A stretch of 64,000 nt of DNA from an uncultured Iamiaceae bacterium (lineage in GTDB: Bacteria > Actinomycetota > Acidimicrobiia > Acidimicrobiales > Iamiaceae), in assembly GCA_964544305.1 (NCBI GenBank), contig CAZJAZ010000002.1, forward strand, positions 59,775-123,774, in the 5' to 3' direction. Shown piece after piece: positions 18,329 through 27,578 of this stretch (position 1 is the stretch's first letter; the number at the start of each line of letters is the position of its first letter). Position numbers and translations under genes: made by a program. Under the pieces are notes generated by a model that saw only the letters and a list, made by a program, of their open reading frames with translations, was not told where the DNA came from and did no database searches.

Positions 18329-19954
18329 CTAAGCGGGAAGCTGGTGGTCTTTGAAACGCTCCCGCAGGTCCTTCTTCGAGAACTTGCCAACTGAAGTCTT
18401 GGGAATCTCCTCAACAAACACAACGTCGTCGGGCAACCACCATTTGGCAACCCGTGGCTCCAAGAAGTCGAGGACATCCTCACGAGTTAGGTTTTCGCCC
18501 GGTTTCACGACCACACAAGCGAGCGGACGCTCTTGCCACTTGGGATGCTTGATCCCGATCACCGCGGCTTCGGCAACCTTGGGATGCGCCATGATCTCAT
18601 TCTCAAGTTCAACCGATGAGATCCATTCGCCACCAGATTTGACCACGTCTTTGGTGCGATCCACGATCCGCAAATAGCCCTCGGCATCAACCGTTGCCAC
18701 ATCGCCGGTGCGCAACCAACCATCTGAGGTGAACGATTCAGCCGAACGATCATCGTTGTAATAGCTCGCGGCGATCCACGGTCCTCGTGCTTGGATCTCA
18801 CCTTGGGCCTCGCCGTCCCACGCGGCAGGCTCAAGTGATTCTGGGTCAACAACACGTAACTCAACGCCAAGCACCGGCAACCCGATCGTTGCGCGCACAT
18901 CGGCAAGTGCGTCATCGTCAAGGTCGCCAAGGGTCGATTTGATCACGCCTACGGTTGCCACCGGCGACGTTTCGGTCATCCCCCATGCCTGAAGGATTGG
19001 CAGACCTGTTTGAGCACGGTACGCCTCGGAGAGCGCTTTTGGCACCGCAGAGCCACCGCAAGGGATCGACCGCAATGACGATGTGTCACGGCCTTTCAGC
19101 TCGGGTAAGACACCCATCCAAATGGTGGGCACACCCGCCGCGACCGTCACTTTCTCTTCAACAATCAGATCGGCAAGCGGCTTTGGCGCCATACCTGGGC
19201 CCGGCATGATCAATGATGCACCGGTTGCGACACCAATGTGTGCGAGACCCCAGGCATTGGCATGGAACATTGGAACGACCGGCAGCACTCGGTCAGATTC
19301 ACGAATTGCAACCGCGTCTGCCATTGCGCCAGCCATTGTGTGCAAGAACACCGAACGGTGGCTATAGACCACGCCTTTCGGATTGCCTGTTGTCCCCGAC
19401 GTGTAACACATGGCCGCGGCCTGGTTCTCGTCGTCAACCTTCCACTCAACAGGAGAAGCGGCCGCGAGCAGTTCTTCGTAGTCGTGTAACGCGGCTTTGC
19501 CAGCGTCGGTGGGCATTTCGCCTGCACCATCGTCCATGATCACGATGTGCTTCACCGTCTCGAACGTGCCAAGTAGCGGCCAAAGCATCTGTGCAATTGA
19601 CCGGTCGACGAAGATCACTTCGTCTTCGGCATGATTGACGATGTAGGTCACCTGTTCGGGAAAAAGTCGAATATTGAGCGTGTGCAAGACCCGACCACCA
19701 CTTGGGGCCGCAAAATACAGCTCGAGGTGACGGGCGGTATTCCACGCAAACGTGGCCACCCGAGCATCCGACGACAAACCCAAATCGTTTAGAACACCAC
19801 CAAGACGCCGGGTGCGCTCGGCCCACGTGCCATACGTGGTGCGTTCTCGACCCACCGCGGTCGCGGTGACAATCTCTTTGCTCGGAAAGAGCCGTTCCGC
19901 TCGATCAAAGAGCATCGCGGTAGAAAGCGGTACGTCCTGCATCAGACCCTGCAT
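18329..19954 (-). CDS. long-chain fatty-acid--CoA ligase (AMP-dependent synthetase)
   Basis: AMP-binding motif YTSGTTGNPKGV and N-terminus MQGLMQDVPL. Start re-picked at ATG 19954. Confidence 0.85.
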   Translation of the reverse strand: MQGLMQDVPLSTAMLFDRAERLFPSKEIVTATAVGRERTTYGTWAERTRRLGGVLNDLGLSSDARVATFAWNTARHLELYFAAPSGGRVLHTLNIRLFPEQVTYIVNHAEDEVIFVDRSIAQMLWPLLGTFETVKHIVIMDDGAGEMPTDAGKAALHDYEELLAAASPVEWKVDDENQAAAMCYTSGTTGNPKGVVYSHRSVFLHTMAGAMADAVAIRESDRVLPVVPMFHANAWGLAHIGVATGASLIMPGPGMAPKPLADLIVEEKVTVAAGVPTIWMGVLPELKGRDTSSLRSIPCGGSAVPKALSEAYRAQTGLPILQAWGMTETSPVATVGVIKSTLGDLDDDALADVRATIGLPVLGVELRVVDPESLEPAAWDGEAQGEIQARGPWIAASYYNDDRSAESFTSDGWLRTGDVATVDAEGYLRIVDRTKDVVKSGGEWISSVELENEIMAHPKVAEAAVIGIKHPKWQERPLACVVVKPGENLTREDVLDFLEPRVAKWWLPDDVVFVEEIPKTSVGKFSKKDLRERFKDHQLPA

Positions 19955-20094
19955 TGGTGGAATCCCCTTGTGTGGAAATGAGTGGTGCAGTCGCGACAAG
20001 TCAATTCTCTACGAGGTATTGAGGCCCGTCGTGCCCAATAGCGTAGGCGCGATTAAACCAACTTGCTCCCGTCTACGGATAGATTTGATTTCCG

Positions 20095-21258
20095 TTAGCG
20101 TTCGTGGGGCAATCCAAGAACCCGTTCGGCAACAATGTTTCGCTGTACCAGACCGGTTCCACCACCAATGGTGAGCGCTTGTGAGAACAAATAGCCGAAA
20201 TGCCAAATGCCCGGGTCGGTCCCCAGTGGGCCAGTCTCGTCGCCACCCGCGAGCATGCCACTTGGGCCCGCGAGATCTTTCGCGAGGCCCATGATGTCTT
20301 GGCCGTGCTCATCGGCTTTGATCTTCCGAATGGATGCTTCAGGCCCAGGTTCAGCGCCGTTGATTCGTGCGCTAAGTGTGCGCAGACGAATGAGTCGCAG
20401 AATTTCCGCGTCAATGTAGAGCGTCGCAAGGCGATCACGAAAAACCGGGTCACTTGTCGATCCCGCCGCACGCACCGTGTCCAACAAGTCGGCTGCGGTT
20501 GGACCCATCCCCCACAACGCGCCCGGTTCAGACAAGCTCACACGCTCGTTGCCCAACGTGACTTTGGCAAGTGACCAACCATTGTTGACCTCGCCCACCC
20601 GGTTTGAATCGGGCACGCGTACATCGGTGAAAAACACCTGGTTGAAGTTGTGTGCACCGGTCATTTCGACAATCGGGGTCATTGCAATACCCGGCGTGTG
20701 CATGTCGACAACAAAGTAGGTGATCCCTGAGTGCTTATCGGCCTCGGGATCGGTGCGGGCAATCAAGATGCCCCAGGTCGCCAGATGCCCGAGCGACGTC
20801 CAGATCTTGGCGCCATTGACGACCCACTCGTCACCGTCACGTTCTGCTTTCGTCGTGAGCGAAGCTAAGTCTGAGCCCGCATCGGGTTCGCTAAAAAGCT
20901 GGCACCAGATTTCTTCGCCCGACAACAATTTTGGAAGCCATTTTTGCTGCTGCTCTTGAGTTCCCGCGTGTAGCAATGTTGGTCCGGCCCATCCAATGCC
21001 AATGGGGTTGTTTGGCCGACGGATCCCCGCATTGCGCAGTTCGTCATCAATGATGATTTGTGTAATGGGATCGGCATCGAGGCCGTACGGCACGGGCCAG
21101 TGGGGTGCAACATAGCCAGCGTCGGCAAGTTGTGCGCCCGTTGGGGACGGGTGAGTGTCAATCCATTGTCGAATGGAAACACGTGCGGGATCGTTCGCGG
21201 CGGGCAGTTCGAAGTCCATGGAATAGTGACGGTAGCGTCCCAGCGTGATGTCCGACAT
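20095..21258 (-). CDS. acyl-CoA dehydrogenase
   Basis: 387 aa with typical ACAD blocks (FSEPDAGSDLASL, GGGTGLVQRNIVAERVLGLP). Confidence 0.85.
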   Translation of the reverse strand: MSDITLGRYRHYSMDFELPAANDPARVSIRQWIDTHPSPTGAQLADAGYVAPHWPVPYGLDADPITQIIIDDELRNAGIRRPNNPIGIGWAGPTLLHAGTQEQQQKWLPKLLSGEEIWCQLFSEPDAGSDLASLTTKAERDGDEWVVNGAKIWTSLGHLATWGILIARTDPEADKHSGITYFVVDMHTPGIAMTPIVEMTGAHNFNQVFFTDVRVPDSNRVGEVNNGWSLAKVTLGNERVSLSEPGALWGMGPTAADLLDTVRAAGSTSDPVFRDRLATLYIDAEILRLIRLRTLSARINGAEPGPEASIRKIKADEHGQDIMGLAKDLAGPSGMLAGGDETGPLGTDPGIWHFGYLFSQALTIGGGTGLVQRNIVAERVLGLPHER

Positions 21259-21300
21259 CTTTGCCTTGCAGTATTTCCAAGCGCCCTGTGGTGAAGCGCA

Positions 21301-22188
21301 ATGACCGGTTTTCGACTTGAAGCGATTTCAGCGCCCGGTCCAGGCACGGTGACCTTGGACGGCAAACCGATGGAAACGATTACGCAAGCCGCAAAGGCGG
21401 CGCGTCCTGGGTCCAAAATCGATCTTGGGCGGGGACGTTTTGGGGCCGAAACTGAGTCATTTCCAATCGAACTGCGAGACGGCGTGACGTTACGTGGCCC
21501 AACACCGCCCGATGTTCCACGAGAAGCAAGAAAGCACTTGCCGGCCCCTGAATCGGCCCGATTGATCGGAGAGGGCCCACTCGTTGCAATTGTTGGCAAC
21601 AATGTGACGATCGCGCATTGCACCATCGAGAACACCCTCAATCTGGGAGCAGCGATACAAACCGTTGGCTCACTTGTCGGCCTTACAATCGACACGTGCA
21701 TGTTCACGGGCACAGTCGTGCTTGACCAAGCATCTGGAGTGACGATTCAATGGTCGAACGTTGCTGCGGGGAACGTGGTTGCACGATCATGCTCTGACCT
21801 AAATGTCACCGGTGGTCAGATCACTCCACGAATCACCGAGACCGGCATGACGATTGTCAATTGTCGCAACGTTCGCATCGAGGCCGTTGCCGTGACGAAC
21901 TGCAATGTCGCCGTTGACTCGACGTCAGTATCCGACCTTCACATCGGTGGATGTGCGTTGATTGCCAACGAGATTGGGGTACGGGTGGACAAGGGCAGCG
22001 ACATTTCTGTACGTGGCAATCGACTTCGTGGCGAAAAGGCGATCTGGCTCACGAACTGTGCCAACGGGGCCATCGAGGCAAACGGAGTTGAATGGGCAGA
22101 TACGGCATTTCGTCTCGAAGCAAGTGGTGACATTCGGGTCGACAACAATCACATTGCACAAGCGCGTGTGGCGGTCGCTGAAGGTTGA
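21301..22188 (+). CDS. right-handed parallel beta-helix repeat protein (pectin-lyase fold, DUF1565/NosD-like)
   Basis: Repeated ~22-aa V/I-x-I-x-N-C/V turns (VTIAHCTIEN, VRIEAVAVTNCNVAV, IEANGVEW...). No signal peptide. Confidence 0.55.
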   Translation: MTGFRLEAISAPGPGTVTLDGKPMETITQAAKAARPGSKIDLGRGRFGAETESFPIELRDGVTLRGPTPPDVPREARKHLPAPESARLIGEGPLVAIVGNNVTIAHCTIENTLNLGAAIQTVGSLVGLTIDTCMFTGTVVLDQASGVTIQWSNVAAGNVVARSCSDLNVTGGQITPRITETGMTIVNCRNVRIEAVAVTNCNVAVDSTSVSDLHIGGCALIANEIGVRVDKGSDISVRGNRLRGEKAIWLTNCANGAIEANGVEWADTAFRLEASGDIRVDNNHIAQARVAVAEG

Positions 22189-22242
22189 CGGGGCCTCATT
22201 GCCTACACTCGTGGCCGAACCGACCACCAACAAGGGGAAACA

Positions 22243-23859
22243 ATGACCGGTTGGAATTTCGCTGACATCTGGGAATGCGCGGCTATCCAAGTGCCCGACG
22301 CTCCCGCTCAGAAACAAGGTGAACGCACGGTTTCGTGGTCTGATTTTGACCGACGTGCCGACAGCGTCGCGCAGTTCTTGTTAAACAATGGCGTCGCGGA
22401 ACAAGACAAGGTCGCCCAGTATCTCTACAACTGTCCCGAGTATCTCGAGTCGGTATTTGCGTCATTCAAAGCGGGCCTTGTCCCCATCAACACCAACTAC
22501 CGCTACGCCGATGCCGAGTTGCTGTATCTCTGGGACAATGCGGACGCCGTGGCTGTGGTCTTTCACGGCACGTTCGTTCCCAACATCGAGCGAATCCGAG
22601 ACAAGCTACCCAAGGTTTCGATCTGGCTTTGGGTGGACGATGGGTCAGGCCCCTGCCCGGACTGGGCAACGGACTACGAACACGCTACCGCGACCGAAAC
22701 GCCGTCTCGACCGGTGCAAGGACCGTGGGGACGCAGTGGCGACCACCTTTTGATGACCTATACCGGTGGCACAACCGGCATGCCCAAGGGCGTCATGTGG
22801 CGTCAGAACGACCTTTTTTCGAACCTCGTTGGGACATTCATGCCTGATGCCCGAGAACGAGTCGACCTGTCGATCATTGAGAACGCGGTACAAGCACCCG
22901 GCCCGGTAGGGATGCCAGCGTGTCCGCTCATGCACGGCACCGGCCAATACACGCAGCTCATCATTTTGTCGTTGGGTGGATGCACGGTCACGCTCACCGC
23001 ACGCAACCTTGACGTGATCGAACTCCTCGATACGGTGCAGTCTGCGAACGTGCAACAAATCGCACTCGTAGGCGATGCGTTTTCCAAGCCAATTCTCGCG
23101 GCGCTCGACGCAAACCCTGATCGTTGGGACCTCTCCAGCCTGTTCATGATCGCATCGTCTGGGGTTATGTGGAGTGAAGAATCCAAAAAGCGTCTCTTGG
23201 CCTACCAGCCGGCCATGATCCTCGTTGACGCATTTTCATCGTCGGAGGCGGTTGGCATGGGCCAATCAACGTCAACCGCAGGTGGCACCTCACACACGGC
23301 CAAGTTCGTACTCGGTGAGAACGCTCGAGTGCTCAATGAGGCCAACGAAGATGTCCAGCCCGGCTCTGGTGAAATCGGACGTGTTGCGCTCAAAGGCTAC
23401 GTGCCCGTTGGCTACTACAAGGACCCCGAGAAAACCGCGCGGACATTCTGCGAGATCGATGGGGTTCGCTACGTCATCCCGGGTGACTACGCCCAAGTTG
23501 AGACCGATGGAACATTGACCTTGCTTGGCCGCGGGTCGGTCGTGATTAACACCGGCGGAGAAAAGGTCTTTCCCGAAGAAGTTGAAGAGGCCATCAAGAC
23601 GCACTCTGGTGTCGCCGACGCGGTTGCGGTTGGTGTTCCCGATGACAAGTTTGGTCACGCGGTCGTCGCCGTGGTTGAACCAGCTCCCGGCACCGGCACC
23701 CTCAACGAGACAGAACTCATTGCACATGTAAAAGAACAGATCGCCGCGTTCAAAGCACCAAAGCGTGTGGTTGCCATCGACACGATCGGGCGAGCGGCCA
23801 ATGGCAAAGTTGACTACAAGCGGCTCACCGAATTCGCCTGCAGCGAACTCGGTTTGTAG
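22243..23859 (+). CDS. acyl-CoA synthetase (AMP-binding family)
   Basis: YTGGTTGMPKGVMW motif and a C-terminal ...GKVDYKRL tail. Confidence 0.85.
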   Translation: MTGWNFADIWECAAIQVPDAPAQKQGERTVSWSDFDRRADSVAQFLLNNGVAEQDKVAQYLYNCPEYLESVFASFKAGLVPINTNYRYADAELLYLWDNADAVAVVFHGTFVPNIERIRDKLPKVSIWLWVDDGSGPCPDWATDYEHATATETPSRPVQGPWGRSGDHLLMTYTGGTTGMPKGVMWRQNDLFSNLVGTFMPDARERVDLSIIENAVQAPGPVGMPACPLMHGTGQYTQLIILSLGGCTVTLTARNLDVIELLDTVQSANVQQIALVGDAFSKPILAALDANPDRWDLSSLFMIASSGVMWSEESKKRLLAYQPAMILVDAFSSSEAVGMGQSTSTAGGTSHTAKFVLGENARVLNEANEDVQPGSGEIGRVALKGYVPVGYYKDPEKTARTFCEIDGVRYVIPGDYAQVETDGTLTLLGRGSVVINTGGEKVFPEEVEEAIKTHSGVADAVAVGVPDDKFGHAVVAVVEPAPGTGTLNETELIAHVKEQIAAFKAPKRVVAIDTIGRAANGKVDYKRLTEFACSELGL

Positions 23860-23860
23860 T

Positions 23861-25048
23861 TCACTTTCCCCGGAGCCGTCCATAGATTGCGCGCGGCTTT
23901 TGGGCATAACGCACCAGCTTGGTTTCTTGTAGCGCCTCGAGGTGCTCTTCCGCGCGCGTCGCGCGCTCAGTCAAATCGTGTACTTGTGCGGTCTCTGCTT
24001 GGATCTGGGTTTCGAGCTCTTCAACCCGAGCATTGAGTTGTACTCGCTTTCGGTTTGCACGTCGCTCGGCTTCAGCCATTCGGCGATAGGCCGTAGCAGC
24101 GGCAGCATCAGATTCGTTACAGAGTTGGACAAGTTGTGCAATGCGGTCAATTGCTGCTCGCCCTTCACTCGTGGTTTCATTTCCTCCATATTCGAACGCG
24201 CTGTGTGGCATGAATCCTCCGGCAAGGAGATCCACAACACCAATGACATGTTCGGCGTATATCTCGGGGTAGGTTCGGACAAGATACGACAGGTGAGATG
24301 CTCTGGTTTGGGCGGTCAGCGTAGAACGCAGCGAACCAAAACGCATGCGATAGTCAAATCCAATTTTCGGAAGCGTTTCGTGGCGCCAACCGGCGTTCAT
24401 CAACGCCACCCAGAGTCCCCAGTCATCCGAAGCAGAAATATTTGCATTCCATCCCCCAACCTGTTGCAAAGCTTCCGTTCGGATCAGAGCACACATGTCG
24501 AACTGGTTGCCGCACAGTAATTCGGCCACGGTGGGCGAGGCGACCGGCCAATGGCCTGACTCGACGCCAAATCGTTGTGCGTCGCTGTGCACCGAGGCAA
24601 TATCGGAAGCACCGAACAAAAGTGGGAGGCCCAATTCGATGAGTTCTGCACGAATCATGTTGTCGGCATCAAGGGGCAACACAGTGTCAGCCTGCACGTG
24701 GGCCAGCGCCGTGTTGCGTGCGTTGGCCGAGCCGGATCCCACAGAGGCAACAACGCGCATGCCACGCTCGGTCAGTTCTCCCAGAAGCGTTCGGGTAAAC
24801 GGGTCAGTTGAATGGTCATCAATAATGATCATTTCGAGGCCGTCGTGTTGAAGGGCTCGCACACTTGCAATAGCGTCGATGAGGAAGCGGCCATCGTTAT
24901 GACAGGGCGTGATCACGGACAGCTCTGGTGCTGTTGCATTGCGTGGTAGAAGTTCGCTCAGCTCATCGGGAATGGCCGTGGTGTCGTTCGTCCCGTCCCA
25001 GGTGCGAGCGCGAGCAACCCATTTCGTTGCGGTAGTTCCGTCAATCAT
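23861..25048 (-). CDS. family 2 glycosyltransferase with a C-terminal coiled-coil tail
   Basis: SVITPCHNDGRFL...IIIDDHSTD and a DAD motif. The last ~70 aa are heptad-like (ERRANRKRVQLNARVEELETQIQAE...). Start ATG 25048 has AGGAGG upstream and an 8-nt overlap with the upstream GT stop. Confidence 0.8.
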   Translation of the reverse strand: MIDGTTATKWVARARTWDGTNDTTAIPDELSELLPRNATAPELSVITPCHNDGRFLIDAIASVRALQHDGLEMIIIDDHSTDPFTRTLLGELTERGMRVVASVGSGSANARNTALAHVQADTVLPLDADNMIRAELIELGLPLLFGASDIASVHSDAQRFGVESGHWPVASPTVAELLCGNQFDMCALIRTEALQQVGGWNANISASDDWGLWVALMNAGWRHETLPKIGFDYRMRFGSLRSTLTAQTRASHLSYLVRTYPEIYAEHVIGVVDLLAGGFMPHSAFEYGGNETTSEGRAAIDRIAQLVQLCNESDAAAATAYRRMAEAERRANRKRVQLNARVEELETQIQAETAQVHDLTERATRAEEHLEALQETKLVRYAQKPRAIYGRLRGK

Positions 25049-27422
25049 GATTTCCTCCTGCAATGTGGGCACGACGTTGTGCCACAGCATGGACAACCGA
25101 GCGGCCCGCGATTTCGGTGTTGTGGCGTTCAATGATTCGGGCACGTGCTCGTTTCCCGAGGGCGACACGCTCATCGGGACAATCCCGTAGATGTTGTAAG
25201 GCGGCAGCAGCGGCGTCGATGTCAGGGTCGGCCCATTCACCTAGTCCGCCGTAAATTGGCACGCTCTTCGGAACCTCGATGAGTGTCGCTGGCACGAGTG
25301 CTGCGACTGAGTCGTCCATGAAGTCAAGGTTTCCCGAATACGCGGTTGCGACACAGGGCGTACCGCAGGCCATTGCTTCGGCAAGTACCATGCCAAAACC
25401 TTCTGAGCGATGGAGCGATAATACGCAATCGGCGTGCTGCAAGAAGGCGGTCATATCAACAGAATGGATTGCCGCGTCGATGAGGTGGACGTCCGGACGC
25501 TTCGAACACGCAATGCGAAGTTCATCGACATCGTGAGGGGCGAGCTGTGCGTTCTGCGTTTTGATAACCAGATGGGCTCCACTATCTGGGGCAAATGCCC
25601 GAGAGTACGCCGCTAGCGCGCCAAGAGGATTCTTGCGCGCCGCAACGCTTGCCCAATCGAACACGTTGAGAACCAAAAATCCTTCAGGAAGATTCAGATC
25701 GGCCCGTGTTCGCACCGTGGTCCAGGTTGGAACTGTAACAGGCAAGGTGATGACCTGCGCTCGTCCGCCTGCGGTACGCACAGCGTCAGCAACGTAGTTG
25801 CTCAGTACCCACACTTCGTCGACGAGGTCAAGGGCTGCGACCGCAGACTCAGGCAATTGGGACGTTTCCCATGCCCATTGACTAATCGTGTGGCGTCCTG
25901 AGAACACCGCGGGGCCCAAACGGTCGAAGACTTCACGGATTCGATCGGCGTTGATCACGAGGAGGTTTACGTCGTAGTCAAGCGATTGAGTGAAGGTGGG
26001 CAACCTCGATTTGGTCGTTGCCCCATGCCCGACCGGCACTTGAATGCAACCGTGCGCAGCGCCAACAGCGGCCAAGGCCTGTGCCAAGCCGCGCGCAACT
26101 CCACCGACACTGAGTTCCGCGTCGAAATACCCAAAGAGGTTGATACCGTCAACGGGATCGTCGCTGATTTCACGAACAAGAGGTGGTGGCGCGCTCACCG
26201 GCGAGCGCTTCGCGCTCAATGTCAAAACGTCGTCGGTTGCAATGCCAGGAGCAGGGTTGGCCTGTACAAATTTGTCGAGCGCAAACGCCATTGTCCCTTT
26301 GGGATCGGGGAACAAGGCCTGGAGGCCAGGTTCGACCTCCCAACGACCCATCGTCAACGCGGAAATACCACCCGACCGAACGGGTCGAGTCAGCCACTCG
26401 GCAAATGCGACGCCACCATCGTCGTCGAAGGGACCAGGAGGAGCAATGGTCCCTCCTCGTTCTGCATCTTGGAGTCCGAGGCGGTAGGTGCGCCGCATCG
26501 CTTTGGTGAGCATCAGTCCAGTGCGAGTGGCTGCCCAACCGTAGGGGGCGCGACGTTGCTCGACGTGCCCAGCGGCAATCAACGCTTGCGCATATTCGTC
26601 ACAGAGTTGAGCCAACTTCGGGTGGTCGGGAAGGCGAACACGTGGATGGTCCCCTTGATGGGAACTCAGCCAATGCGGGCATTGTGGATCGAAGCCACTG
26701 AAGTGAAAGAACTTCAGTGGCGCACCGCCTGCTGTCCAATGGCCATCCGCATCTGTGTCAATGGGACGGCCCCACACGTTCCAGTATGCGACATTGCAGC
26801 CTGGGTCCCGGCAAACGGCATGCGGGTACATCGGCACAAAATCAACCCACCGTTGATCGGTAAAGAGCATATGGGGTTGATCAACAATTGCATCGCGCAC
26901 CATCCGCTCAGCCCAAAACTTGAGAAAAGCTCGGGTGTGGATTTGGTCTGCTACCCCAATGAAGCCCAAGTTGTAAATCCCCGATCCAAGCACGTCCGCC
27001 TCATTGGGCCGCAGACCATCGCGAGGCATTGGCACGAGGGTGTGTGGCGTGAGGACAATTCCGGCCGACCGCGCTAGATCCGCCAAGTCATCAAGGGGCC
27101 GGTACACCGCGATGTCTGGATCGAGGTAGAGAACTGGAGTGTCAGGATTTTGGGCAAGCAGCGCCAGAAGCAACCACGGTTTGACCGCCGTAGCAAACTC
27201 CATGACGTCATAGATGCCTGCCATTTTGTGGAGCTGTTGTTCGTCTTGGTTGAGATCGTCAAGGCGCCAAACCTCAAAGTCTTGCCCCTGTGCACAAACG
27301 GGGGTGTCGTCGACAACGAGTACAACAAACCGAGATCCGAGATTTTGCTTGGTGAACGACTCGGCGACGACTTTGGCGAGCGCAAAGTAGTTTCCCGCAA
27401 CGATGGTGCATCCAGTTAGCAC
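25041..27422 (-). CDS. two-domain glycosyltransferase: N-terminal DxD nucleotide-sugar transferase-like domain plus C-terminal GT4/GT-B domain
   Basis: N-terminal domain has a YLDPDI motif. C-terminal domain has EGFGMVLAEAMACGTPCVAT (E-x7-E). GTG start; no signal peptide or TM helix. Confidence 0.75.
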   Translation of the reverse strand: MLTGCTIVAGNYFALAKVVAESFTKQNLGSRFVVLVVDDTPVCAQGQDFEVWRLDDLNQDEQQLHKMAGIYDVMEFATAVKPWLLLALLAQNPDTPVLYLDPDIAVYRPLDDLADLARSAGIVLTPHTLVPMPRDGLRPNEADVLGSGIYNLGFIGVADQIHTRAFLKFWAERMVRDAIVDQPHMLFTDQRWVDFVPMYPHAVCRDPGCNVAYWNVWGRPIDTDADGHWTAGGAPLKFFHFSGFDPQCPHWLSSHQGDHPRVRLPDHPKLAQLCDEYAQALIAAGHVEQRRAPYGWAATRTGLMLTKAMRRTYRLGLQDAERGGTIAPPGPFDDDGGVAFAEWLTRPVRSGGISALTMGRWEVEPGLQALFPDPKGTMAFALDKFVQANPAPGIATDDVLTLSAKRSPVSAPPPLVREISDDPVDGINLFGYFDAELSVGGVARGLAQALAAVGAAHGCIQVPVGHGATTKSRLPTFTQSLDYDVNLLVINADRIREVFDRLGPAVFSGRHTISQWAWETSQLPESAVAALDLVDEVWVLSNYVADAVRTAGGRAQVITLPVTVPTWTTVRTRADLNLPEGFLVLNVFDWASVAARKNPLGALAAYSRAFAPDSGAHLVIKTQNAQLAPHDVDELRIACSKRPDVHLIDAAIHSVDMTAFLQHADCVLSLHRSEGFGMVLAEAMACGTPCVATAYSGNLDFMDDSVAALVPATLIEVPKSVPIYGGLGEWADPDIDAAAAALQHLRDCPDERVALGKRARARIIERHNTEIAGRSVVHAVAQRRAHIAGGNHD

Positions 27423-27578
27423 GGGTTTGGTCTACCGCCTGTCAATTCAACATCGGAACTCTGCGCGACGAATATGGGCAGACGTTGAATCTAGCGCCGT
27501 GGACAACCTCGATTTCACAAACATCTGTGCATCTTGGACGCGCCCTTCCGCTGTCCGGACTCGGCACTCAAAACGAAT

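Noticed and set aside
20865-21713. Long antisense or overlapping ORFs such as 20865-21713 (-), 25986-27077 (+), 28488-29360 (+), 15267-16040 (+), 57156-57977 (+) and 16539-17084 (+).
   Set aside because: Each lies entirely opposite or out of frame to a gene with clear family motifs. Their translations are Arg/Pro/Ser/Cys-rich, as expected for shadow ORFs in GC-rich DNA, and they contain no recognisable domains.
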